Shown here piece by piece: positions 31,985 through 41,476 of a stretch of 55,294 nt of DNA (the first letter of the stretch is position 1; each line of letters begins with the position of its first letter). A model generated the notes under the pieces. The model had not been told where the DNA came from. It made no database searches and saw nothing but the letters and a program-made list of their open reading frames with translations. This stretch comes from Ferruginibacter sp. (GTDB lineage: Bacteria; Bacteroidota; Bacteroidia; Chitinophagales; Chitinophagaceae). The translations under genes were made by a program, and so were the position numbers. Location of the stretch: NCBI GenBank assembly GCA_031424845.1, contig JANPIF010000117.1, forward strand, positions 1-55,294, given 5' to 3'.

Positions 31985-34816
31985 TTAGTTTACTTCAGGT
32001 AACAAAATATAAACACCCAATACATCCATCGGCAATATCGGTTCTACCACCCGGTATTTAGATCCGCCTACTAACCCTCTAAATTTAGTATGCATTTTTA
32101 CCAAATGATGGGCTCTATCTAATGCTACTTCATCGGTCTGTTTCCTGAAAGAAGTTTCATCTTTTACCCACTGCATTTCTTCATTTAGCCAATGAGCTTT
32201 TTCCGGCTCTTCCATATTTTGAGAAGCTTTTACACTCATTAAAAGGCTCAATGCTGCTTTACTTGTAAGAAGTTTTTTTTGATTTACTTCACCTTCATAA
32301 CCCCAAAGCCACATTTCTTCAGCAACTATTTGTTTATTGGAGGGTTGTTCTGCAATTACATTCCGCACCCTTAATTGAAACAATACTGTTTTTTGTTTTA
32401 TAGCTGCAGAACGCAATACTGCAGCCCTGGCTGCACTGTTATTGGCCCCTTGCAGTGCATTATTAATAATGTGTTGAGAAAGATGTTCGGCAAAGGGATG
32501 GTTTCTACCAATGTATTTATAACCGCCGGGAGTAGGTGATTTAAAAGAAACCTGTATATCATTTTTGTCTGTTAGCAAATCCCTTAGCCTTTGGGGTATA
32601 TTGGTTGCATAAATTTTATACCCATCTTTTTTTTCATCCACTTGCACGCCCATAAAACCGAGTGCTTCAACAATAAACTGCTCTACTGCTTTCACATCAC
32701 CAATGGCTTCATCCACCTCCTTTAAATCGCTTTCTATTTCGTTTGCTTTAATTGCGTTTTGAGCAAATATGCTTCGGGAAACTTTTTCTCTTTCCATTGC
32801 TTTATCAAACGCTTCCGAAACCCTTTTCTTTTCTGCTTCAATTTCTTCTGCTTCAAAAATTGATAATTGCTGAGAAACTTGTTTGACTGAAACAGACGGT
32901 TTCAACAAGATAGCGTTGGTAACAGCTTCCATTACAGAAGCACTATTTTCAGGGAAAGGAACGGAGATGCCAATTGATCTTCTGATTTCCCTGGCTTTAC
33001 GAAGCAACACTTCCAGTACCACGCCATCTATAGGGTTATTGCTACCATACAAGAGAGCAACTTCTACTGTCTCGGCTTGCTGCCCGAAGCGGTCAATACG
33101 ACCTTCCCGTTGTTCTAGGCGATTTGGGTTCCATGGTAAATCGTAATGCAACAAAGCATTAAAGCCTTCCTGTAAATTTATACCTTCACTCAAACAATCT
33201 GTTGCAATCAATAATCGCCTTTCAGATTTGTTCATCACATCAATTTTCTCTCTGCGTAGCTCATCGTTTAGTTCGCTGGTTATTACCTCTACATGTAAAT
33301 TTTTAAAATTTTTACCCTTTAAAGCATCTTTAAAAATAGAGCCTAAATAATTTGCAGTATGTATGTAGCGGCAAAAAATAATTGGGTTGTAGCCTCGTTC
33401 TATATAAGTCTTGATTTGCAGTAATGCTTCATTGGCTTTTTGGTCATGCTCAATTCCATATAACGTTTCCATTTTTTTTGCATACCCTAAAAGCCGTTTA
33501 GATTCTGAATCATTAACTGAAATATTAGTAGTTGGTAAATTATCATCTTTAGAATCATCAGGATCTAATGAACCTTGATTTCCATCATAATCTTCATCCT
33601 CATCGCCAATTTTTTTCTTTTTAGCTTTTTTAATCAACATAGAGATTCCTGCAGCCGGACTACTCATTACACCACGAAGCAATGCAAGAGCATCCCAATA
33701 ATTATAACGTTGCTTTCTGCCATCACCTACATTTTGAGCCACTATTTCTCGGGCATAAGATAAAATATCATTAAAAACCTCCCCATACACTTTGCCAATT
33801 TCAAAAGGCTTGTCAACTGAATTTCGTTCAGGGAATTTTGTTTCCTCATCAAGCCATTTTAATACATCGCCTCTTCTTCTTTGAATAAAATGTTTGGCAA
33901 TTTCTTTACGCTCCTGTTCGGTGGAAGTAATAATATCAATCTTTTCAAACTCCGGTTTTAATAAACCTAATATGGATTGAAACTCTGCCTGCTTGCCGCT
34001 GTGAGGTGTTGCGGTAAGCAGTAGCAAATGTTGTTTTTCTTTTTTTGCAATATCGTGTAGCAAGTGATAACGCAACTGCTGAGAGTTGTTTGCTCCGGCT
34101 GGTTTAGCACAGGTATGTGCTTCGTCAACAATAATTAATTCAGGGCAATGATCAATAAACACCTGGCGTTTGTTGCCTGATTTTATATAGTCTATTGAAA
34201 TAATTTGGAAAGGGAAAGCCCTGAAAATATTTTCATGTGTCCTGATTTGTCTTTCTAATGAAGAGGCAGTTCCACCTCTAATGATTACGGCTTCAACGCC
34301 AAATTTATTTTTTAATTCATCCTGCCATTGATCGCACAAATGAGGTAAGCAAACTATTGCAAAGCGTTTAATTTCTTTTCGTTCATACAGTTCTTTTGCT
34401 ATCAATAAAGCCTCGATAGTTTTACCCACACCAACATCATCAGCAATTAATAGTCGGGTAGTATCTTGTTTTAAGGCCATTATCAATGGAACCATTTGAT
34501 AAGAACGTGGCCGGAATGAAAGTTTACCTAAACAACGAAAAGGGCCAGCGGCATTGCGAAATGACAACCTTGCAGCATTGTATAATAGTTTGGCGGATGT
34601 AAAATCACCTAAATCATGTTCCGAGGGTTTAATGAAATTATAGGTCTGAGGATTGTCAGCTTCATTAGCCAATGGTTTGAAAATTCCTGTGATTTCATCA
34701 TCAGAACCCCCAAGCGGCTTTAACAATAAAAGGTCTATATCTTCTGAGGGCAGCACCACCCAAGGTCTGTTGCGAAGGGTAACTAAACTACCGGGTTTAA
34801 AATCAAAATTTGTCAT
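31985..34816 (-). CDS. SNF2-family helicase (DrmD-like)
   Basis: LLIADDVGVGKT, DEAH, TATPHSG, SEGINLQ, PWNPNRLEQREGRIDR. Confidence 0.92.
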   Translation of the reverse strand: MTNFDFKPGSLVTLRNRPWVVLPSEDIDLLLLKPLGGSDDEITGIFKPLANEADNPQTYNFIKPSEHDLGDFTSAKLLYNAARLSFRNAAGPFRCLGKLSFRPRSYQMVPLIMALKQDTTRLLIADDVGVGKTIEALLIAKELYERKEIKRFAIVCLPHLCDQWQDELKNKFGVEAVIIRGGTASSLERQIRTHENIFRAFPFQIISIDYIKSGNKRQVFIDHCPELIIVDEAHTCAKPAGANNSQQLRYHLLHDIAKKEKQHLLLLTATPHSGKQAEFQSILGLLKPEFEKIDIITSTEQERKEIAKHFIQRRRGDVLKWLDEETKFPERNSVDKPFEIGKVYGEVFNDILSYAREIVAQNVGDGRKQRYNYWDALALLRGVMSSPAAGISMLIKKAKKKKIGDEDEDYDGNQGSLDPDDSKDDNLPTTNISVNDSESKRLLGYAKKMETLYGIEHDQKANEALLQIKTYIERGYNPIIFCRYIHTANYLGSIFKDALKGKNFKNLHVEVITSELNDELRREKIDVMNKSERRLLIATDCLSEGINLQEGFNALLHYDLPWNPNRLEQREGRIDRFGQQAETVEVALLYGSNNPIDGVVLEVLLRKAREIRRSIGISVPFPENSASVMEAVTNAILLKPSVSVKQVSQQLSIFEAEEIEAEKKRVSEAFDKAMEREKVSRSIFAQNAIKANEIESDLKEVDEAIGDVKAVEQFIVEALGFMGVQVDEKKDGYKIYATNIPQRLRDLLTDKNDIQVSFKSPTPGGYKYIGRNHPFAEHLSQHIINNALQGANNSAARAAVLRSAAIKQKTVLFQLRVRNVIAEQPSNKQIVAEEMWLWGYEGEVNQKKLLTSKAALSLLMSVKASQNMEEPEKAHWLNEEMQWVKDETSFRKQTDEVALDRAHHLVKMHTKFRGLVGGSKYRVVEPILPMDVLGVYILLPEVN

Positions 34817-35214
34817 TAGTCTTTACAGGTTACATTCTCAGTTAAAAAATCGGCCAAATTGGTTTTGTTTTTCTGTCCATTGGCAACTTCAATAAGCACC
34901 GGCCATAAATATTCATCCGGTATCGTTAAATCACAGCCATTCAATCTTAAAAAAGCAAACAATGCTAAAAAGCCTGTCCGTTTATTGCCATCCGAAAACC
35001 CCTGAGATTCAGAAATGTGATAGTAATAAGCAGCTGCCATTTGATATTTGTTTTCATGCAGGTATTGACCACCAAAACTTGCTTGTGGTTGATTTATAGC
35101 CGATTCAATAAGCCCCTTATCTCTTACTCCATCTGAACCACCAAATGTGTTTATTGCAAGTTTGTTTAGTTGAACAATTCTTTCAAAATCAAGAAAAGTA
35201 TAATCTTTCATCAT
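34816..35214 (-). CDS. Fic/Doc (death-on-curing) family toxin
   Basis: GVRDKGLIESA...FGG, QGFSDGNKRT Fic motif (His replaced by Gln), FLRLNG. Confidence 0.88.
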   Translation of the reverse strand: MMKDYTFLDFERIVQLNKLAINTFGGSDGVRDKGLIESAINQPQASFGGQYLHENKYQMAAAYYYHISESQGFSDGNKRTGFLALFAFLRLNGCDLTIPDEYLWPVLIEVANGQKNKTNLADFLTENVTCKD

Positions 35215-38200
35215 TCTCCTAATTTTTTAAGAGTGAGACTAAATCTTGTTTTTGCTTCTTCAAACAGGCTATTAATTTCCTGCTCAGATACTTTAGATTT
35301 TGAAGATTTTACAGATTTGAAAATGTCGGGTCTTCTTGCAAGGAAATTTTCTAATGACTCTTTATAATACCAAGTCAGAATTTGATAACCGTTATTCTTT
35401 AATGCTGTTCGTTTTTCAATATCATCCTTTTTTACGTCAACTGAGTCATGAGGTGTACCATCACAGAAAATATAAACATTGGGTTTGTAATAAAAATCCG
35501 GCCGAACAAACATAGCATCCACTTTTGGTTGTGCTTCATCCGGTAGCTTTAAACCCTTTCCGTAAAGCATTTTTAAAAATTTATCTTCAGTACTGCTGTT
35601 GGGATCCCTTGAGGCTTGCAGAAATTGGTATTGTTCATCATAACTGCTGAATGACTTATTGGCTAACACTTCAACAGTTGATTCTTTTAAATTGCGCAAT
35701 GCTTCCCTTATGAGATTGCGGTCAATTTGCTGATGATAAAACTGATTGTAATAACTCAGCAAATCATCGTAAGTGGCTGGAAGCACTTCACCTTCTTCTT
35801 CTACTTCATTCTTATAAAAGCATATTTTATACGCTTCAATCATGATTGCTTTATAAAGCGAAGGATTATCCATTATTTGAGATAGTACACCTAAACTTCC
35901 TTCGGCAGCTTCATAAATTAAAATGTTTGGAGCATCCTCTTCTCCCATTATGGTTGCACCAATTTCATTTGATTCCACCTGAAAATAATTTTCAATAGCA
36001 CGCTTAATGGCAAACATTAAAGTAATAACTCCGTTGCTTCCACCACCCAGGCCAAGGGATTTAATTGGCTGTATGTATAGGGCGTTAGCTGTATCGGATG
36101 TAAATAGTTTTACATCCTTGATTTCATCTGCTTCACCTTTTTCTTCTTTTTGTTTTTTGCTTTGCCAGTATCCTGTGTTCAAGTTTATGGTGAAACCATA
36201 TTCTCTCGAAGCACGCCATTTTAAATTGAGTTTAAAAATTCTGCAAGTGGGCAAGTAGTGAATATGTAGGAGCTTCTCATCTGCCACACTTACAATTCCT
36301 TCTGTAGTGTTCTCAAAACCGCCATCTACTGCAAAGTAGGTTTGTATGTCATACCCTTTCTTAGTTCTTTCTTCTTCTTGGCAGGTGATTCTTTGCAATT
36401 CGTACGCCCTAGTTTCTGCCATCTCAATCAATGTGGTATGCACATGTTTGTTGGTATCCAACTGCAAGGTTTCGTTGATGATAGGGTCAACCTCGTATCC
36501 GTATTGTTTGTCGTAAAGGAAGTATCCAGTTTTTGGACAGATTTTACCATTCTCCAATTTGAGTTCTGCCTCTGTCAAAATCATTCTGTCAACCCTGTAT
36601 TTGGCACCGTCGTGATAGATGACATTGCGTGGGCCAAATTCATTCAAAGCAATGAAACGAGCCCTTGAAATAAACTCACCGCCACCATCTTCGCTTTCCA
36701 TGAATGAACGGACTGGAAGGCGTGTAAAGTTATAACCAGGTAAAAATCCTTCTGCAGCCAAATAGCGATAAGGATAGAATTCAGATTGATCTTTGTTGCT
36801 TTTTTTACCATCAGTTGCCTCGTTCAAAAGCAAGTCTCTTTGTCTTTCACCTTGCCTTAAATTTTTGTAAGCCTCTTTCTTCTTTTCATGGTTATCAGCA
36901 TAAATTCTATTTTCAATTATTGAAGTAGCTCCTTTAATTTGATGTTGAGCCGCTTTGTAAAGTTTCCTCCAGCGGTCAAGCGAACTGTCAAAAGTTTGCT
37001 GAAAAGAATCAATATTTTGTTTTATCCAGCCATCGGTAAACCACGATGGTTTTCTTCGTGCCAATTCATTTTTAAAATAAGTATCATCAATAACTTTCTT
37101 GTAATTGGCGTGAATAAGAACCTTTTCTTGCTCACTTATTTTTAAAGTATCTATAATTTCTTGCTTCAGAGGAAGGCTTTCAAAATTGTTTTTATCTACC
37201 AAATCGCCAAGCGAAGCATTGAGCACACTCAACGGTCTTCTTGTTAAAATGGAAGCATTCAAATGACTTAGTAATAATTCCTCATTTATTAAGTCCATTC
37301 TGGGCGCAGTTACTGTACCTGCAACCATTTGAGTAGAATGTTTAAAATAGTGACGGTCATGAGCACTGAAATTTGAACAATAAACCAAAACCAAAGCAGC
37401 TTGGCCGCTTCTTCCTGCACGTCCGCTTCGTTGTGCATAATTGGATGGTGATGGTGGCACATTTCGCATGTGGACTATGGAAAGGTCTGAGATGTCAATA
37501 CCCAACTCCATAGTTGGCGAACAAAATAATGCACCAATTTTACCCTCTCTAAATTCCTTTTCCCTTTGCTTTCTCTTTTCGTTATTGATTTGCCCTGTGT
37601 GTTCACGACCTTCAATTGGCTTTATGTCTTGAAAGTTGGTTTGATAGAACCGTTGAAAGTATTTATTTGGTTTTGTGTTTAAGGGTTTGTAAGAACGGTT
37701 TTTAATTAAGTCAGGGATTAGATTTTCCCCATCACCTTTATGCCAAAGAATGTTGTCTACCTTTAATTGATAGATACTTATTTCCTGGTTGTCTAATGTT
37801 TTTGCAGGTTTTTTAACCAACCACCCAGCTGCACTTAAAAAGTTAAGGAAATTGTAGGTAAAATCATTATAGACTTGTTTACCCCTGATGTCAATTCCAT
37901 AATGTGCTGCTTTTTTTCTTAAGTAGCGTCCAAAAACACTGGTAAGCCCTGCACTTTCAGAATATAATTCCTTTGCTGATGAGGATAGTCTTTCTAACCG
38001 AATATGGTTTGGAATTTCAAGCTTTTCATTTTCATCTAATGTCCAAGGTGCTTTTAGTTTTTCTTTAATCTTTTTGGCATTAGTAGAAATAACTCCGGGT
38101 TCAAGCATAGAAAAACTTAATGCATATGATTTACGGAAGAAATCAAAAACCTGATGCAAAAACTCTTGCCTTTCATTTGGAGTCATCGCAAAAAGTAAAT

Positions 38201-40451
38201 CATTAGGTTGCCAAAGGGAATTGTCCTGTATTGATTCTTTCAGATGCTTGTATTCAATTGTCAACAAAGCACATTGTTCAAGATTCGGTAAAACTACACG
38301 CCAACTTCTTCTCAAATCATGAAGCAGGCGGTACATGATAAAGTCTTTAAAAGCTTCTTCATTTTCTTTCTTTGGACCTGGAAAGGATGCAGGCTGTTTT
38401 GCGAATTGGTCTTGACCAATATTCAGGCATTCAAATACTTTATCTGTAATATTTGTGTAATCAAGTGTATTGTGATTTTCGAGGGCTTTGGCTATGGCGG
38501 CTCTTAACTGTCCTACTTTAACAAAGTCGTTAAAGTGTCCTGCTTGTAAAGATGCATCTTGTCGATTGTCAGTAAAACTCAACAGTTTTTGTTTCTCTGA
38601 AGATTCTCCAAATGCTTGAAGTTGTGTAATGGTTTCGAATGACAATACTGTGGTTGCGGTGCTTCGGCCTTCACCGCCAAGTTTCATTACCTTAGTCCAC
38701 TCAGCTGTTTGGGCGTCATAAATTGTTCCAGAAGTTGGATCAAACATCAGTGGAGACGGCATGAACCAACCTTCGAAATCAAGTGATTGTGAAAATGAAA
38801 AATCGCCCTTTTTGTTAAACCATATCTTGCGTGGTAATCTGCCTTCTCTTTCTTTTTTTAATTTTCTAGTCCCATCTTTTCTAGGCAGGGTAAACCAAGT
38901 TTCGGGCAAGTCAGATATATCTCTTTCTGCATCCCAAATTGGTTCTTCATCTTCCTTATGTTGAATAAAAATGTAACCTTCTTCAATGGCGGATTCATCT
39001 TCCTCATCAACTAAGTCATAAAACTCTCTCGGCTGTATTATGGAGTCATTTAGATTTAACTTAACGCAAGTAAATTCATGTCCTGAGGTTCTGCTAAATA
39101 CCATTGGGAATAACATGGTTTCTTTATTATCAGCATATAGGCCAGCATCCAAGAATAATTCTCTTGTTAATTGATTTCCTAAAGTTGTATAAACCGATCC
39201 AGTTTGAGCAATAAACTGATGAATTCGGTAAGGGAGAAAATTCTTCTGTTTGCCCGGGTCGGTATTTAAAATATTTGCCCATTCAAGCAACTGCTCTAAG
39301 TGGTATAAAGCGTCTTGTTTTTTAGTCTCAGTATATTCAGAGAGTTGCTTTGCAATTTCTGAAAGTTCAATTGGTTTTCGTCTAACTAAAACTCCTTCCT
39401 TTGGTTCTAATGCTATTTGTTCCTCAATCCAATTTGCAGTTGGGTGTTTTTCAAAATCATTTGCTTTTAAAGTTGATGAAATTCCAAGTGAAATGGCGTT
39501 TATCAAATCATCCTTTGTTGGAGAGTGCCCAAGTCCAATACTTCTTACCAAATATTCATTTACAACCTGATCTGACTGAATGTCTGTTCCAAATATGGTA
39601 GATGCAACTTCTGCAACTTTCTTCTTTTGTTCTAACAAAGAAGTTGAGTCACCGGAAACCATCGTGGCTGATGTACCTATACAAGCAATAGGTTTTGATG
39701 CAGCAGATTTTATTCTGCGAATGAGAATTGATACGTCTGAACCTTGTCTTCCTCTATAAGTATGAAGTTCATCAAATACCAGGTATTTAATGTTTTCTAA
39801 AAAATTCTGTCTGATTTCAACATCCCTTCCGCTTCTTGTCATGACCAATTCCAGCATCATATAATTCGTTAGTAGGATGTGTGGTGGATTTAATCTAAGC
39901 TTTTCCTTTTGTTCGTCAGATTCTTGACCGGTATATTGTTCAAAAGTAATTGGGAATGGTTTATTATATTTTTCTTCGTACGTTTTTTTGAATTTTTCTA
40001 TTTCCTTGTATTGTGAATTAATAAGAGCATTCATGGGATAAACCACAACAGCATTTATTTTATCTGTTGCAAAATCTCCCAGATTTAAAACATGATTAAA
40101 AATTGTAGCCATGTAGGTCAGTGATTTTCCAGAACCTGTTCCAGAAGTAACAATAAATTCCCGGCCTTTTGCCCCTAATAAAATTGCCTCTTCTTGGTGT
40201 TTGTAAAGACTAAAGCCTTGGAAAATATTATCAAGTTCACTGTGAAGGTGACCTTCATTTACTAATGTTGAAAGTGGTCGACCTTTTTCAAATGTCGGAT
40301 TAAACTGAACTAAAGGCTCTGGCCAAAGTTTTTTATTGCCAATTTCCGAATCAACAAAATTCAGAATCCTGGGCTCTTTAATGTTTAGAAAGCTCTGGAT
40401 ATATGTTTTGTAATTTTCAATTAGTTTTTTATGGAAATTAAGAATGTCCAT
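35211..40451 (-). CDS. YprA-like DEAD/DEAH helicase with DUF1998 and C-terminal Vsr/DUF559-like nuclease (DrmA+DrmB-like fusion), plus extra C-terminal helix
   Basis: SGTGSGKS, YPMNAL, DELH, SAT, TMELGIDI, QRSGRAGR; EAAEGSLG...LLSYYNQ; RPDFYY..IFCDG.PH. Confidence 0.9.
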   Translation of the reverse strand: MDILNFHKKLIENYKTYIQSFLNIKEPRILNFVDSEIGNKKLWPEPLVQFNPTFEKGRPLSTLVNEGHLHSELDNIFQGFSLYKHQEEAILLGAKGREFIVTSGTGSGKSLTYMATIFNHVLNLGDFATDKINAVVVYPMNALINSQYKEIEKFKKTYEEKYNKPFPITFEQYTGQESDEQKEKLRLNPPHILLTNYMMLELVMTRSGRDVEIRQNFLENIKYLVFDELHTYRGRQGSDVSILIRRIKSAASKPIACIGTSATMVSGDSTSLLEQKKKVAEVASTIFGTDIQSDQVVNEYLVRSIGLGHSPTKDDLINAISLGISSTLKANDFEKHPTANWIEEQIALEPKEGVLVRRKPIELSEIAKQLSEYTETKKQDALYHLEQLLEWANILNTDPGKQKNFLPYRIHQFIAQTGSVYTTLGNQLTRELFLDAGLYADNKETMLFPMVFSRTSGHEFTCVKLNLNDSIIQPREFYDLVDEEDESAIEEGYIFIQHKEDEEPIWDAERDISDLPETWFTLPRKDGTRKLKKEREGRLPRKIWFNKKGDFSFSQSLDFEGWFMPSPLMFDPTSGTIYDAQTAEWTKVMKLGGEGRSTATTVLSFETITQLQAFGESSEKQKLLSFTDNRQDASLQAGHFNDFVKVGQLRAAIAKALENHNTLDYTNITDKVFECLNIGQDQFAKQPASFPGPKKENEEAFKDFIMYRLLHDLRRSWRVVLPNLEQCALLTIEYKHLKESIQDNSLWQPNDLLFAMTPNERQEFLHQVFDFFRKSYALSFSMLEPGVISTNAKKIKEKLKAPWTLDENEKLEIPNHIRLERLSSSAKELYSESAGLTSVFGRYLRKKAAHYGIDIRGKQVYNDFTYNFLNFLSAAGWLVKKPAKTLDNQEISIYQLKVDNILWHKGDGENLIPDLIKNRSYKPLNTKPNKYFQRFYQTNFQDIKPIEGREHTGQINNEKRKQREKEFREGKIGALFCSPTMELGIDISDLSIVHMRNVPPSPSNYAQRSGRAGRSGQAALVLVYCSNFSAHDRHYFKHSTQMVAGTVTAPRMDLINEELLLSHLNASILTRRPLSVLNASLGDLVDKNNFESLPLKQEIIDTLKISEQEKVLIHANYKKVIDDTYFKNELARRKPSWFTDGWIKQNIDSFQQTFDSSLDRWRKLYKAAQHQIKGATSIIENRIYADNHEKKKEAYKNLRQGERQRDLLLNEATDGKKSNKDQSEFYPYRYLAAEGFLPGYNFTRLPVRSFMESEDGGGEFISRARFIALNEFGPRNVIYHDGAKYRVDRMILTEAELKLENGKICPKTGYFLYDKQYGYEVDPIINETLQLDTNKHVHTTLIEMAETRAYELQRITCQEEERTKKGYDIQTYFAVDGGFENTTEGIVSVADEKLLHIHYLPTCRIFKLNLKWRASREYGFTINLNTGYWQSKKQKEEKGEADEIKDVKLFTSDTANALYIQPIKSLGLGGGSNGVITLMFAIKRAIENYFQVESNEIGATIMGEEDAPNILIYEAAEGSLGVLSQIMDNPSLYKAIMIEAYKICFYKNEVEEEGEVLPATYDDLLSYYNQFYHQQIDRNLIREALRNLKESTVEVLANKSFSSYDEQYQFLQASRDPNSSTEDKFLKMLYGKGLKLPDEAQPKVDAMFVRPDFYYKPNVYIFCDGTPHDSVDVKKDDIEKRTALKNNGYQILTWYYKESLENFLARRPDIFKSVKSSKSKVSEQEINSLFEEAKTRFSLTLKKLGE

Positions 40452-40559
40452 TTTAAGTTATTTTCTTTTTAAAGATTTTAGTTTCTTGTGAGTTTCACTT
40501 TTGCATCCTTTGCTTCCGAAATAATTTTACTTTCAATCCCCCTTTTGTTCCCAATTCCG

Positions 40560-41465
40560 TTATACATACTTTTTCAATGCATCACGCAATTCCTTTTCCA
40601 TTTGCTTCCGCAATTTCATTGGGCTTAGTACTTCCAGCTCTTGGCCAAAAGATAGCAGTGCTTTGGTAAAATCGAACGTAATATATAGGAACAATTCGAT
40701 GATAACAGCATTTTTGTCCTCTTCAATAATTATTTGCGAGGCGTGCAAAGGATATGTCTTTACATACTGCCCCTGCTCATAACTAAATTGCAATCTTACC
40801 CGCTGCGCTTTCCCTGCTTCATCACCAAGAATCCCGAAAGCCTGTGCAAAAAGGGCCTTAAAATCATAGGTATATTTTTCACGGTATTTTGTTTTGCTGA
40901 TGTCAATATCAGTCATCCTGTCCAGCCCAAAAGTTTTTAAACGATTGTCTTTTGTATCCACAGCCAAAAGATACCAACGCCCCTGTGCCTCTTTTAGTGC
41001 AAGGGGATGGGTGGTTCTATCCGTTATGGTTTCATCCCAATACTTATAATGTCTAAAATGTACAATACGCTTATTTTTTATGGCATACAGCAGTCCGAAA
41101 AAATGTTCCAGCCCTTTTGGCTTTCGGGTTTCCAAAAATACCGTCTCCGTAAAATCTTGCGAAGCATGTATGGCATTAATCATTTGGTACGATTCCAATA
41201 TCCGCTGGCTATGCTGTTCGGTCTCGGGTTTAGAATGAATATGGTATCGCCTGTCCCCCTTTTTCTCGTTCACAATTTCAATATCCAGTTGCGTATAAAT
41301 ATCTTTTATATCCCTTTGCAGCGTACGCTGCGTTATATTAAAATTCTTATCTCTAATAGCAGACTCGTCTTCCAAATACCTGGCAATCTGCTCATAGGTG
41401 GAAGGGCCTCTTTCCAGGCGCTTTATAATCAAAGCGTATCTTGATAAAAACAGTTCTTTAGGCAT
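40560..41465 (-). CDS. WYL-domain transcriptional regulator (wHTH-WYL-WCX)
   Basis: RTLQRDIKDI HTH, GRWYLLA, TFGLDRM, PLHASQ, LEVLSP..LR. Confidence 0.92.
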   Translation of the reverse strand: MPKELFLSRYALIIKRLERGPSTYEQIARYLEDESAIRDKNFNITQRTLQRDIKDIYTQLDIEIVNEKKGDRRYHIHSKPETEQHSQRILESYQMINAIHASQDFTETVFLETRKPKGLEHFFGLLYAIKNKRIVHFRHYKYWDETITDRTTHPLALKEAQGRWYLLAVDTKDNRLKTFGLDRMTDIDISKTKYREKYTYDFKALFAQAFGILGDEAGKAQRVRLQFSYEQGQYVKTYPLHASQIIIEEDKNAVIIELFLYITFDFTKALLSFGQELEVLSPMKLRKQMEKELRDALKKYV

Positions 41466-41476
41466 GCTTAATTGTT

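Noticed and set aside
14410-40451. Canonical DISARM or BREX call
   Set aside because: No separate DrmB or small DrmC; no PglZ or BrxC; the PLD gene is coupled to a different helicase
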